Assembly: GCF_000092105.1 (NCBI RefSeq)
Contig: NC_014148.1
Span: 5,160,001 to 5,192,000, forward strand
DNA: 32,000 nucleotides
DNA from: Planctopirus limnophila DSM 3776
GTDB lineage: Bacteria > Planctomycetota > Planctomycetia > Planctomycetales > Planctomycetaceae
Direction of reading: 5' to 3'
This document shows, one piece after another, positions 1 through 8,395 of this stretch. The position numbers and the translations under genes were made by a program. Below the pieces are notes generated by a model. That model made no database searches. It was not told where the DNA came from and saw only the letters and a program-made list of their open reading frames with translations. Positions within the stretch are counted from its first letter, which is position 1; each line of letters opens with the position of its first letter.

Positions 1-855
1 GCGGGTGAGCGGGGTATTGACTGCACCTTGGGCTTTGGTGGTCACGCACAGCAACTTTTAAGAGCAATCCAGCCGGATGGATGCCTGCTGGGAATTGATG
101 CAGACCCCATTGAACTCCCGAAGACCGAAGCCAGATTACGGAGTGCTGGCTTTCCTGCCGAGACGCTGATGGTGCAGCGAACCAACTTTGCTGCTTTGCC
201 AGGCTTGATCCCTGCTTTTTTGCCAGGTGGTGCTGATTTTTTGATGGCAGATCTGGGTTTATCTTCCATGCAGATTGACGATCCGGCACGGGGATTTACC
301 TTCAAAGTCGATGCCCCGCTGGATATGCGGATGAATCCATCGCGAGGGCCCAGTGCTGCTGAGTTTCTCGCGAAGATCGATGAGAGAGGGTTGGCAAAGC
401 TGCTGGAGGATGCTGCTGATGAACCGTGTGCCGAACCTTTGGCCAGAGGTCTGATCACGGCGCAGCAGATATCGGCATTTATTACGACGGGACAATTGGC
501 CGAAGCTGTGCGCCGGGTGCTGGCGACAATTGGTTCACTTGATGAGGAAGACGTGTCCTCGACCATTCGTCGGGTGTTTCAAGCCATACGAATTGCTGTG
601 AACGATGAGTTTTCCACGTTGGATATTCTGCTGAAATCGATCCCGCAATGTGTGAAGCCGGGTGGCCGGATTGCGATCCTGACGTTCCACTCGGGTGAAG
701 ACCGCCGGGTGAAGAAAGCGTTTCAGGCAGGCTTGGCGAGCGGAGTTTATCGGGAGATTTCGAGCGAAGTGATGCGAGCGACTCCTCAGGAGCGGCACGA
801 TAATCCCCGCTCGATCCCTGCAAAACTTCGCTGGGCCATCCGCTCCAGTTCCTGA
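1..855 (+). CDS. rsmH: 16S rRNA (cytosine1402-N4)-methyltransferase RsmH/MraW, 5'-truncated by the window edge
   Basis: The frame is open from nt 1 (AGERGIDCTLGFGGH...). RsmH hallmarks are present: 'DCTLGFGGH' SAM loop, 'MADLGLSSMQIDDPARGFTF', 'LDMRMNP', 'LTFHSGEDRRVK'. Stop at 853-855. Confidence 0.9.
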   Translation, partial: AGERGIDCTLGFGGHAQQLLRAIQPDGCLLGIDADPIELPKTEARLRSAGFPAETLMVQRTNFAALPGLIPAFLPGGADFLMADLGLSSMQIDDPARGFTFKVDAPLDMRMNPSRGPSAAEFLAKIDERGLAKLLEDAADEPCAEPLARGLITAQQISAFITTGQLAEAVRRVLATIGSLDEEDVSSTIRRVFQAIRIAVNDEFSTLDILLKSIPQCVKPGGRIAILTFHSGEDRRVKKAFQAGLASGVYREISSEVMRATPQERHDNPRSIPAKLRWAIRSSS

Positions 856-915
856 ACTGATGCGGGGCAATCACGTTTTCTTGCTCCGAGCCGCAAGCAT
901 GCCACACAGAAAAAT

Positions 916-2205
916 TCAGGCAGGATCGTGATAAAGCTGCAGAACTGGCTCGAGATCGATGAGATACAACTGGCGACCATTTCCCTCATGAGGTGAATCG
1001 ATGCAGGCGAGTCGTCCATTGGGGCTGCTGCGAGGATGATTGTCGCAACGCCATTCGCCCTTGTAAGCCGGCGGTGAATGAAAGTGTCCCAATGGATATC
1101 TCTGACCTGTTGGGACATGAAACAGGTAAGGATGCTGCATCCGTGCCTGATCGGGGTACGTATCATTTAGAATCCATGCCGTCGGTGCTGCTTCGAGACC
1201 GGTGAGATACGTGTTATGACCATTCACGGTCATCACGGCGGTGCCGACTGCTTCGACCTCTGCGGTGCGATCGCGCAGATCATAGAAGCCAAACGGCTTT
1301 CCTTGTGGCTTCGTCCAGGCGGTAATGGTTTCGGGATCGCGCCAGACAAAGTGAGAGGTTTCTCCCGAAGGATCGATCACGAACAGATCGCTGCCATCAC
1401 GCCTGGCTGTGAGCATGCGAGTTCGAAACGCCACTCGCGAATTGACTGGTTTCCAGCGATGCAGGAATGTGAAGCGACTGCCATCCGGATTGATCAACAG
1501 ATGGTTGAACCAGTGCTTGGCCCCCTGCATATCGGGGAGTGAAGGGCCGAGTGCCGCGACCTGAGCAATCGAAATAAGAAGTTCGGATGTTCCTGTCTGC
1601 AGGTTAATGTTCCAGATGCCGGAGGCTTGGGGTATCAACTCATCTTTGAAAGGGTCGGCCAGACCGGCATAGCCGTATCCTGGGCGAACATCATTCAGGC
1701 GGCGGAAGTCGGTCGTGATGGCCGACTTCCCATCGGGTGCCAGAGTATAAATAGCCGAATCGAGCAGTTGACTATCGCCTGTCGAGAGATCATAGATTCG
1801 CGATTGATAGTGGTGGGAACCGCGTTCATTCCAGATCACTTTGGAGTTCGAACCAGGGAGCCACTGCAGCATACATCCCTGCTGCCAGCACCAGGCGGTC
1901 GTCGCACCTAAGCGGACCCACTGATCGTTGTTGGACAGATCGACATAGCCAATCTCGATTTCGTCATCGGGCTTCGGGGAGCGATGCTCGAAGTTTGTTT
2001 TCATCCCCAGCACTTTGGTATTGGCGGGATCGAATTGCAGCTTGTCGTAATACCCAAACCAGTGGTGGCCCGGCGCACGTGTGATGGCACGAACAGGAGG
2101 GAGTTCTTCCGCCAGAGTGTCGCTGCACCAGCCTCTTCGATTCCATCCCGCGGTCAATAAGGTGAGTGCTGCCGACTGTTTGAGAAACTGGCGACGATGC
2201 AACAT
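916..2205 (-). CDS. Tat-signal secreted beta-propeller protein (TolB-like / oligogalacturonide-lyase-like fold), function unknown
   Basis: 429-aa ORF. The N-terminus 'MLHRRQFLKQSAALTLLTAG' has a twin-arginine motif. Beta-rich repeats and a C-terminal blade 'WRCDNHPRSSPNGRLACIDSPHEGNGRQLYLIDL' resemble TolB/WD40-like propellers. The product name is tentative. Confidence 0.7.
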   Translation of the reverse strand: MLHRRQFLKQSAALTLLTAGWNRRGWCSDTLAEELPPVRAITRAPGHHWFGYYDKLQFDPANTKVLGMKTNFEHRSPKPDDEIEIGYVDLSNNDQWVRLGATTAWCWQQGCMLQWLPGSNSKVIWNERGSHHYQSRIYDLSTGDSQLLDSAIYTLAPDGKSAITTDFRRLNDVRPGYGYAGLADPFKDELIPQASGIWNINLQTGTSELLISIAQVAALGPSLPDMQGAKHWFNHLLINPDGSRFTFLHRWKPVNSRVAFRTRMLTARRDGSDLFVIDPSGETSHFVWRDPETITAWTKPQGKPFGFYDLRDRTAEVEAVGTAVMTVNGHNTYLTGLEAAPTAWILNDTYPDQARMQHPYLFHVPTGQRYPLGHFHSPPAYKGEWRCDNHPRSSPNGRLACIDSPHEGNGRQLYLIDLEPVLQLYHDPA

Positions 2206-2345
2206 GATGGAGACTCTTCGTGGCTGTGGAGATTTCTCGAAGTGGAAGGTTCCTTATCGTCAGTTGGTGCCTTGGTAGAAATCAAGTCTTTGTTCAGTTC
2301 GATCACAAGCTCCCATCATCCGCAGAAATCGTTTCGAGAAGCAGT

Positions 2346-2993
2346 TCACGTCGCGATCCACTGATGATCGACCTGTTCAGCCCGGCAGTCGAACTTGAGT
2401 CGCAGGTGTCCTGCGGGATGCAGGTCATACCAGTCGACTTCCAACACTTGAGCGAGTAGCACACAAAAGTTTGGTCGGCCAGCGAGTAGTTCTTGCTCTG
2501 TCAGTTCTCGGCCTCGAAGTTCAGCCGGCAAGGTGCTGATAGGCCCGGGAAGTGGAGCACCGGGAGCCTCGGTCGAAAGATAGCTTTTGCGGCTGGAAGC
2601 AGGCGTTTTCGACCATTGGGAACTCGCCAGTTCGTCTTCTGTATGCAGAGAGATCTGGGACATGATGCGTAATTGAATCGCAGCGGCAGGGTCGTAGAAC
2701 GTCCAGGATGCGTGAGGATTCCACTGCAACTGGTTGATCTTGGGAGATCGCCGATCGACATGGGCCACGAGTTGACGACTTTGGGGCATCACGTCTCTGA
2801 GGATCACAGTTCGAGCCGCTGGCCAGTGACCATCCAAAGTCGCCCCATCCAGTGTGGCCCCATCCAGTGTCGCCCCATCCAGTGTCGCCAGTACGGGTGT
2901 TCGCCACGGTGACTGTCGATTTTCGACGGCTGCCAGCAGTCGGATCCAGAGTTGATCCCACACCCAGGCATGGGACTCACGAACCTCTTGCAT
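2346..2993 (-). CDS. Pyridoxamine 5'-phosphate oxidase-like FMN-binding protein (PNPOx-like family)
   Basis: 'WRTPVLATL...ARTVILRDV...LVAHVDRRSPKINQLQWNPHASWTFYD...IQLRI' matches the PNPOx-like split-barrel pattern. I prefer the ATG at 2993 (MQEVRESHAW...) because AGGAAG lies 9 nt upstream and it avoids overlapping the upstream gene. The longest ORF would start at 3056. Confidence 0.72.
   Translation of the reverse strand: MQEVRESHAWVWDQLWIRLLAAVENRQSPWRTPVLATLDGATLDGATLDGATLDGHWPAARTVILRDVMPQSRQLVAHVDRRSPKINQLQWNPHASWTFYDPAAAIQLRIMSQISLHTEDELASSQWSKTPASSRKSYLSTEAPGAPLPGPISTLPAELRGRELTEQELLAGRPNFCVLLAQVLEVDWYDLHPAGHLRLKFDCRAEQVDHQWIAT
2829..2888 (-). repeat. Four in-frame 15-bp tandem repeat units encoding (ATLDG)x4 inside the PNPOx-like CDS
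   Basis: Plus-strand units: accatccaaagtcgc / cccatccagtgtggc / cccatccagtgtcgc / cccatccagtgtcgc. Two units are identical, one differs at 1 nt, and one is more diverged. Translation on the minus strand is LATLDGATLDGATLDGATLDGHW. Confidence 0.92.
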
Positions 2994-3046
2994 GTTCGGG
3001 ATCTTCCTGTTCCTCGGCCACACAAATCGACGGAAAGAATTCAGTC

Positions 3047-3787
3047 TTATTCCCACATATCCTGCGACGTGCTGAGTTCACGGGCCAGGAAGGGTCGAAA
3101 CGAGACTAAGGTGGCGAGTGCATCGTTTCCTTCGAGCCCGAATGAGCCGTAGAGGATTTCGAGAGCGTCGTTAACGCTGGCCAGCCTGACATCTTCGACA
3201 AGTTGCCGGGCATGATCGAAAAACCCTGCATCCTGATCGCATCGCGCCAGAAAATGTGAGGCAGCGAGTTCGGCCCGTTCCATAGGAAGAGCACTCATCA
3301 AGGCAAATGCCTCACCTGCTGCCAGAATATCCCGTGAGCGAATCTGCCTTAGAAACTGCCCCCAGGTCGATTCAAAGTCTGACGCCTGAAGATTGGAAAA
3401 CTCTCGTTGATCTCGAAGAGAAGTTTGTTTCGGAGGGGTTGTCCCTGAAGGATTCGCGCTCTCCGGTAGATCATAATGCACCTCCAGAGACTTATAAGAT
3501 GCGAAATCTTTGGAGGAAATCAGATCTTCCGAGCGAAATTCTTCGGCATCGAAATGAGGTGGCGGCTGAGGAATATTGTCGACCGGGAAATTCCCGATGA
3601 TCTGATTAATCAAAACCAGTTTGGCGCCGTACTGCTCATACAGCAGATCAATTTCCCCGCGATAGGATTCGCCCAGAGCGTCATCGATGAGATCGTCGAC
3701 AGAGTCGATGATTCGTTCGGACATACGATCTGCGAGACTCTCTCGAAGTTTATGCAGAATTTCCAGTGCTTCCGCACGGCGTTGCAT
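3047..3787 (-). CDS. Hypothetical acidic protein, no family recognised
   Basis: 246-aa ORF with protein-like composition (MQRRAEALEILHKLRESLADRMSERIIDSVDDLIDD...). GAGAGGA lies about 9 nt upstream of the ATG at 3787. It is the upstream, same-strand neighbour of the PNPOx-like gene. Confidence 0.6.
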   Translation of the reverse strand: MQRRAEALEILHKLRESLADRMSERIIDSVDDLIDDALGESYRGEIDLLYEQYGAKLVLINQIIGNFPVDNIPQPPPHFDAEEFRSEDLISSKDFASYKSLEVHYDLPESANPSGTTPPKQTSLRDQREFSNLQASDFESTWGQFLRQIRSRDILAAGEAFALMSALPMERAELAASHFLARCDQDAGFFDHARQLVEDVRLASVNDALEILYGSFGLEGNDALATLVSFRPFLARELSTSQDMWE

Positions 3788-4091
3788 GCTGATTTATCCT
3801 CTCTTGGGGGGTTCCGTATCCTCACCTTAGGATGATGGGAAGTCCACTAAAACTGCTGCCACATGTCGCTTTTTTGCCACATTGTCTATGAAGCACAACA
3901 TCAATCATTACGTTCGCCAGATTCGCCGTAATCGTTAAAGCCTGACGCTGAGGTGAGGCAGAACTGAAGTCAAGTTGATCGCCCAGCGGCCAGAAATGCC
4001 GATCCGAATTGACCACGTAATTGCCAATATGACTCTCAAGTTGTTGATGTGTAATCTGTTACGTCAGTGAGCGTTCCTCTTTTGCCCCGTT

Positions 4092-4107
4092 TGGCACGGC
4101 GACTGCG
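4092..4107 (+). promoter_or_regulatory. Candidate sigma-54 (-24/-12) promoter upstream of the Gly/Tyr-rich secreted protein gene
   Basis: TGGCACGgcgaCTGCg compared with the consensus TGGCACG-N4-TTGCW. The GG and GC dinucleotides have canonical spacing. It lies about 115 nt upstream of the ATG at 4223, in a divergent intergenic region. Confidence 0.3.
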
Positions 4108-4222
4108 ATAGCTATCTCCCCATCAGATCATCATGAGCGAAACGAAAAAAATCGTGTCTTGATTGGCTCCCAGGGTGTGTGGCCGGCGCGATTTGCCAGA
4201 GTTCCTGATCAGGAGATACATC

Positions 4223-4546
4223 ATGTTTCGTAGTTTAGTTCTGAGCGCAGTTGTCGCAGGCGCTACCATGTGGGGGACTTCTCAAACTGCGGATGCCGGT
4301 GTGAGAGTGCGAGTGGGACCGCAGCCCAGGGTGGTTGTGCGGCCGGTAGCAAGACCTGTCTACCGCAATGTCTACGCACCACCTCGCTACGGCTGGTACG
4401 GCAATCCAGGTTATGGATATCGAGGTTATGGAAATCCGGGATATGGTTATCGCGGTGGCTACTACCAGAACTGGTATGGCCCACGTTACGGCTACCGGAG
4501 CGGGTTCGGCATCAATACACCTGGTTTCGGGATTTATGTCCGATAG
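4223..4546 (+). CDS. Small secreted Gly/Tyr/Arg-rich low-complexity protein
   Basis: AGGAGA lies 6 nt upstream of the ATG at 4223. Signal peptide 'MFRSLVLSAVVAGATMWGTSQTADA'. The mature part is 'VRVRVGPQPRVVVRPVARPVYRNVYAPPRYGWYGNPGYGYRGYGNPGYGYRGGYYQNWYGPRYGYRSGFG...'. A strong terminator follows. Confidence 0.72.
   Translation: MFRSLVLSAVVAGATMWGTSQTADAGVRVRVGPQPRVVVRPVARPVYRNVYAPPRYGWYGNPGYGYRGYGNPGYGYRGGYYQNWYGPRYGYRSGFGINTPGFGIYVR
4400..4459 (+). repeat. Imperfect 2 x 30-bp tandem duplication encoding GNPGYGYRG(Y/G)
   Basis: ggcaatccaggttatggatatcgaggttat / ggaaatccgggatatggttatcgcggtggc. By hand count 22 of 30 nt are identical. The first five differences are synonymous third-position changes. 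Confidence 0.85.
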
Positions 4547-4576
4547 TCATCGGTAATCCACAGTTCCAACCTGTTG

Positions 4577-4622
4577 CCCTTGTCAACTGCGTTCAAGACG
4601 CAGGCATGACAAGGGTTTTTTC
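4577..4622 (+). terminator. Rho-independent terminator after the Gly/Tyr-rich protein gene
   Basis: The outer stem cccttgtca (4577-4585) pairs with tgacaaggg (4607-4615). An inner stem ctgcgt/acgcag is also present. A TTTTTT run follows at 4616-4621. The structure begins 31 nt after the stop codon. Confidence 0.75.
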
Positions 4623-4745
4623 GTTGCATCCTGCGAAAGAACTGTGCTTTGTTGCCCGAGGGTGTCCGTCAGACGTTCCACTTCCAGGATCACTGACGCA
4701 CCGATCTTCAAAGCGTTATCGAGGGGAAGGTTACGGACAGAATGC

Positions 4746-5012
4746 ATGCAAATTGATGAACTCAAGATGAAGAGCGTTGCAGACTCGGAATTCCGGGTGC
4801 CGGAGTTTATCCTTATTGAGTACGGTGGATGGTTAACCTTGGAAGGGGATCTGCTCGCTGAGCCAGGCAGATCGAATCGAATCATCAACCAGATTGATGG
4901 TGAACCAAGCCCAGACAGAACATGGCGTAGCGGCCAGCTCAGGTTCTGGAACCTCGATAGCAGCGATGAATTTCATCGTTACTTTTGCCCTCGAATTGCC
5001 TTGACGGAATAA
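4746..5012 (+). CDS. Possible small hypothetical protein (88 aa)
   Basis: ORF MQIDELKMKSVADSEFRVPEFILIEYGGWLTLEGDLL... has balanced composition. Its stop (TAA 5010-5012) is 3 nt before the ATG of the next gene, which suggests coupling. No family was recognised, and competing antisense ORFs exist. Confidence 0.3.
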   Translation: MQIDELKMKSVADSEFRVPEFILIEYGGWLTLEGDLLAEPGRSNRIINQIDGEPSPDRTWRSGQLRFWNLDSSDEFHRYFCPRIALTE

Positions 5013-5015
5013 CAG

Positions 5016-6485
5016 ATGACTCGGCCTTTCCCTGCTGATGCAGAACACAAAGAGATTGAACAAGCGCGCGGTTTGCTGGTCGAGGCGGGGTACGGCAAAC
5101 TCGCGGGTTGGCTCCAGACGTTGCCTGCTCTCAGCCGGTCGAAGCTTGCCAGAGAAATCGTGGCCATTGACTGGCCACTACTCAAACATGCTGTGGCTGC
5201 AAAGCAAATCACAACGGCCCCTGCGAATGGAGCGAATTCTCCAGCCTCGCGAGCTGTCGCGCCGGAGCAATTGATCCGCCAGCCGAAGGACTCGAACGAT
5301 TTTTCGGCTTGGCGCACTGCTGCGGAACGTGGCCGCGACCTGCTCAAAAAGGGGCAGGTTGTGCTGATGGTGGTGGCTGGTGGACAAGGCACACGACTGG
5401 GCTTTTCGCATCCGAAGGGGCAGTATCCGATTGGTCCTGTCAGCCAGGCCTCGCTTTTTCAGATTTTCTGCGAGCAGATTCGAGCACTCGAGAAAGAAGT
5501 CGGGGTTGTTTTGCCCTATTGCCTGATGACCAGTGATTCGACGCACGAAGCGACGATGCGTTTTTTTGAGACCAATGAGTTTTTTGGTTTGTCGAAGGAA
5601 CAGGTGCATTTCTTTAAGCAGGGGAATCTTCCGGCACTCGATAGCCGGACTGGTGAACCGCTATTGGCGACTGCGGATTCACTGGCGATGAGTCCGGATG
5701 GGCACGGCGGCATGTTGCGTGCCTTCCGGGAAAGTGGGCTGCTCGACAAGTTCCTCTCGGAAGGTCGTACCACGCTTTACTATCATCAGATCGACAATCC
5801 TGCAGCGATTCTGGCTGAACCGGCGTTTCTGGGTTGGCATGCCCGATATGACTCACAAGTCTCGACTAAAGTGGTGGCTAAGACCAGTGCCAGTGAGCGG
5901 ATGGGTGTGGTGGTCTCGATTGATGGTGCCACACAGATCATCGAATACAGCGATATGCCGGCCGAACTGGCCCAGCGAGTGGATGCCCGCGGACAGTTGC
6001 AGTTATGGGCCGGAAATACGGCCATCCATCTATTCGACCTGGCCTTTCTGAAAGGTCTGGATGGCGATCGTGCTTTGCCACTGCATGTGGCCCACAAGCC
6101 TGTTGGCTGTTTTGATATCGAGAGCCGACAGATGATTTCGACAGCCGAGCCGAATGCCTGGAAATTTGAGCGATTCATTTTCGATACACTGCCGTTGGCG
6201 AAGAGTTCACTCGTGGTGGAAGCCGATCGGTCTCGCGAGTTTCTGCCAGTCAAGAATCGCGATGGGGCAGATTCACCCGCTTCTGTGAGGCAAGCCTTAC
6301 TCGACCTCCATCGAAGCTGGCTGCTGCAGGCGGGTGCGAAGGTTTCCCCAGGTGTGAAAGTGGAAATCAGCCCGCTGGTGGCCCGCGACCTGGAGACTTT
6401 GGCCGGTAAACTCTCACCCGGTATCGAGTTCCATCAGGATGTCTATCTTGATGAGAAGTTTCTGCAGTCGCTCAAGCGGGCCTGA
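5016..6485 (+). CDS. UDP-sugar / UDP-N-acetylhexosamine pyrophosphorylase family protein (UDPGP, UAP1-like nucleotidyltransferase)
   Basis: 'VVAGGQGTRLGFSHPKG' nucleotide-binding loop, 'PYCLMTSDSTHEAT', 'VHFFKQGNLPAL', 'SPDGHGG', 'YYHQIDNP'. This is the typical UDPGP-family motif order. Confidence 0.88.
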   Translation: MTRPFPADAEHKEIEQARGLLVEAGYGKLAGWLQTLPALSRSKLAREIVAIDWPLLKHAVAAKQITTAPANGANSPASRAVAPEQLIRQPKDSNDFSAWRTAAERGRDLLKKGQVVLMVVAGGQGTRLGFSHPKGQYPIGPVSQASLFQIFCEQIRALEKEVGVVLPYCLMTSDSTHEATMRFFETNEFFGLSKEQVHFFKQGNLPALDSRTGEPLLATADSLAMSPDGHGGMLRAFRESGLLDKFLSEGRTTLYYHQIDNPAAILAEPAFLGWHARYDSQVSTKVVAKTSASERMGVVVSIDGATQIIEYSDMPAELAQRVDARGQLQLWAGNTAIHLFDLAFLKGLDGDRALPLHVAHKPVGCFDIESRQMISTAEPNAWKFERFIFDTLPLAKSSLVVEADRSREFLPVKNRDGADSPASVRQALLDLHRSWLLQAGAKVSPGVKVEISPLVARDLETLAGKLSPGIEFHQDVYLDEKFLQSLKRA

Positions 6486-6696
6486 TGAATTGAGTATTCC
6501 TGAAGGCTCAACATTCTGAAAACCGTTGGTGAGGAAGATTCTTTTTGAGACTATCCGAGAGAGAGATGATGGCTAAAATCGACGTGAAGTCGTAGTGGAA
6601 ATTTCCGCAGTCTCCAAAATGTGTTTCATACACGGTTCCAAGGAAACAACTGCGCGTTGTTGGTCGCTAAGACATGCTTGCCCAGAGCTGCAAGCA

Positions 6697-6712
6697 TGGC
6701 ACACAAATCGCT
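6697..6712 (+). promoter_or_regulatory. Weaker sigma-54-like -24/-12 match upstream of mnmA
   Basis: TGGCACacaaaTCGCT has correct GG/GC spacing, 56 nt upstream of the ATG at 6768. It overlaps the 3' arm of a 9-bp hairpin (catgcttgc 6673-6681 / gcaagcatg 6690-6698). It could be a chance match. Confidence 0.2.
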
Positions 6713-6767
6713 TCTAAACGTTTGGATTCGTATTCATTACCTTAGTCGGAATCAATTGGGATACGGC

Positions 6768-7934
6768 ATGTCGAAAGAGCGTGTAGTCCTCGCGATGAGT
6801 GGCGGAGTGGATAGCTCTGTGGCTGCCGTTCTGCTGCAGCAGCAAGGCTACGAGGTCATCGGCCTCTTCATGCGTTCTGGTGAAGCCAGTGCCAGCGCCT
6901 GCTCACTCCCTCCCAGTGGCCTGCTGCCTGTTATTGAGCGAAAATCTCATAAGCAGGGATGTTGCAGTGCGGCTGATGCAGCGGACGCCCAGCGTGTGGC
7001 CGATCTGCTGGATATTCCCTTCCATGCCCTCAATTTTCGTGATTCGTTCGATCAGATCAAATCGTACTTTGCGGATGAATATCTCAAGGGCCGCACGCCC
7101 AACCCGTGTGTCATGTGCAATGTCTGGCTGAAGTTTGGCCGGTTGTGGGAGTTTGCCCAGCAGGTCGGTGCGACGCGTATTGCTACGGGGCATTATGCCC
7201 GCATCATTCAAGATGAATTCGGGCAGACCCGGTTGATGCGGGGAGCTGATCTTTCCAAAGATCAATCGTATGTGCTCTTCGGGATTCGCCCGGACATTCT
7301 TTCCAAGATTCTCTTCCCTGTCGGTCATCAACCCAAAGCCGAAATTCGTGAGATTGCAGCACAGGCCAATCTGCGAGTTGCTGGTAAACCCGACAGCCAG
7401 GAGATCTGCTTCATTCCTGACAACGATTATCGCGGGTTTCTCCGGCGATATCGCGACGTGAGTGACACTTCCGGGAATTTCGTGGATCCACAAGGGAAGA
7501 TCCTGGGGCAGCACAGTGGGTTTGAGCAGTTCACGATTGGTCAACGCCGTGGGCTGGGAATTGCCCTGGGTGAGCCCCGGTTTGTAATCAAGATCGATGC
7601 GGAATCGAGGAATGTCACACTCGGAACCGCCGAAGAGCTGGGTTCGTCCTCACTAGTGGCAGCACGCACCAACTGGCTATCGGCTCCCACGAGCGAAGTT
7701 TTTTCCTGCACTGCTCAGATTCGATCGATGCATCGGGCGGCGGCAGCATGGGCACAGGTGGATGCGGATGGAACATTGCATCTTCGTTTTTGCGAGCCTC
7801 AATCGGGAGTAGCACCCGGGCAAGCGGTCGTGCTCTATGATTCGCTGGAACGAGTGATCTGCGGTGCGTGGATTGAAGACTCTCAACCACCACGAGCCGA
7901 TGCTCTGGCTATGGTCGATTCTCACGCTTGCTGA
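6768..7934 (+). CDS. mnmA: tRNA-specific 2-thiouridylase MnmA
   Basis: PP-loop 'VVLAMSGGVDSSVAA', 'NPCVMCNVWLKFG', 'IATGHYAR', 'KDQSYVLF'. The start is set at 'MSKERVV', where homology begins. The upstream 49 codons of the ORF look non-coding. Confidence 0.92.
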   Translation: MSKERVVLAMSGGVDSSVAAVLLQQQGYEVIGLFMRSGEASASACSLPPSGLLPVIERKSHKQGCCSAADAADAQRVADLLDIPFHALNFRDSFDQIKSYFADEYLKGRTPNPCVMCNVWLKFGRLWEFAQQVGATRIATGHYARIIQDEFGQTRLMRGADLSKDQSYVLFGIRPDILSKILFPVGHQPKAEIREIAAQANLRVAGKPDSQEICFIPDNDYRGFLRRYRDVSDTSGNFVDPQGKILGQHSGFEQFTIGQRRGLGIALGEPRFVIKIDAESRNVTLGTAEELGSSSLVAARTNWLSAPTSEVFSCTAQIRSMHRAAAAWAQVDADGTLHLRFCEPQSGVAPGQAVVLYDSLERVICGAWIEDSQPPRADALAMVDSHAC

Positions 7935-7948
7935 AGGCCCGGTCTGTC

Positions 7949-8272
7949 ATGTCTTTTCGCAATCCAGAAGTGCTTCGTTATCTGAAATGTGCGCGCTGTC
8001 GTCAGGGATTGGTACTCAGACAATTTGCACCAGCGGCCCAGACAGACGAAACGAATCAGGCCAACCAGACGAACACCGAGGCTGTCAGTTCTGTGCCAGA
8101 GTTCCTGCTGTGCAGCAATGCTGATTGCCGGCTCGAATTTTCAATTCGAGAGGAGATCCCGGTGCTTGTGACTGAATTTGCCCGGGAACGTCCATTTGAT
8201 CAGTGGCAAACGTGCATGAATGATCGTCCAAATGTTGCACCAGTCAGCGAGATCACTCCTGCCGCTGGCTGA
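7949..8272 (+). CDS. Trm112/UPF0434-family small zinc-ribbon-like protein
   Basis: 'LRYLKCARCRQGL...LLCSNADCRLEFSIREEIPVLVTEFA' matches the Trm112p-like pattern (CxxC ... CxxC ... IPVLL). It carries an inserted polar linker and a C-terminal tail. Confidence 0.72.
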   Translation: MSFRNPEVLRYLKCARCRQGLVLRQFAPAAQTDETNQANQTNTEAVSSVPEFLLCSNADCRLEFSIREEIPVLVTEFARERPFDQWQTCMNDRPNVAPVSEITPAAG

Positions 8273-8341
8273 GAATCCGAGAATGTGGCCTTGCAGACGT
8301 TACTGACAGCAGTTGGGTGAACACAACTTGCGAATTCCAGG

Positions 8342-8371
8342 GGATCGTGCTGTCCGAAACGGGCACGATCC
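8342..8371 (+). other. Stable hairpin between the trm112-like and rlmI-like genes (possible attenuator or partial terminator)
   Basis: ggatcgtgc (8342-8350) pairs with gcacgatcc (8363-8371), with an inner ccg/cgg pairing. No T-tract follows. It ends 25 nt before the ATG at 8396. Confidence 0.3.
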
Positions 8372-8395
8372 TGATGAGTTGCTATACTTGGCGGA

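Noticed and set aside
1-2205. rsmH not followed by ftsL/ftsI/mur genes (no dcw cluster)
   Set aside because: Loss or dispersal of the dcw cluster is established for many Planctomycetes. The arrangement fits the inferred taxonomy and is not novel.
2829-2888. Short direct repeats that might be taken for a mini-CRISPR array
   Set aside because: The units are contiguous with no spacers, only 15 bp long, only four copies, and in frame inside a recognisable CDS. This is a coding tandem repeat, not CRISPR.
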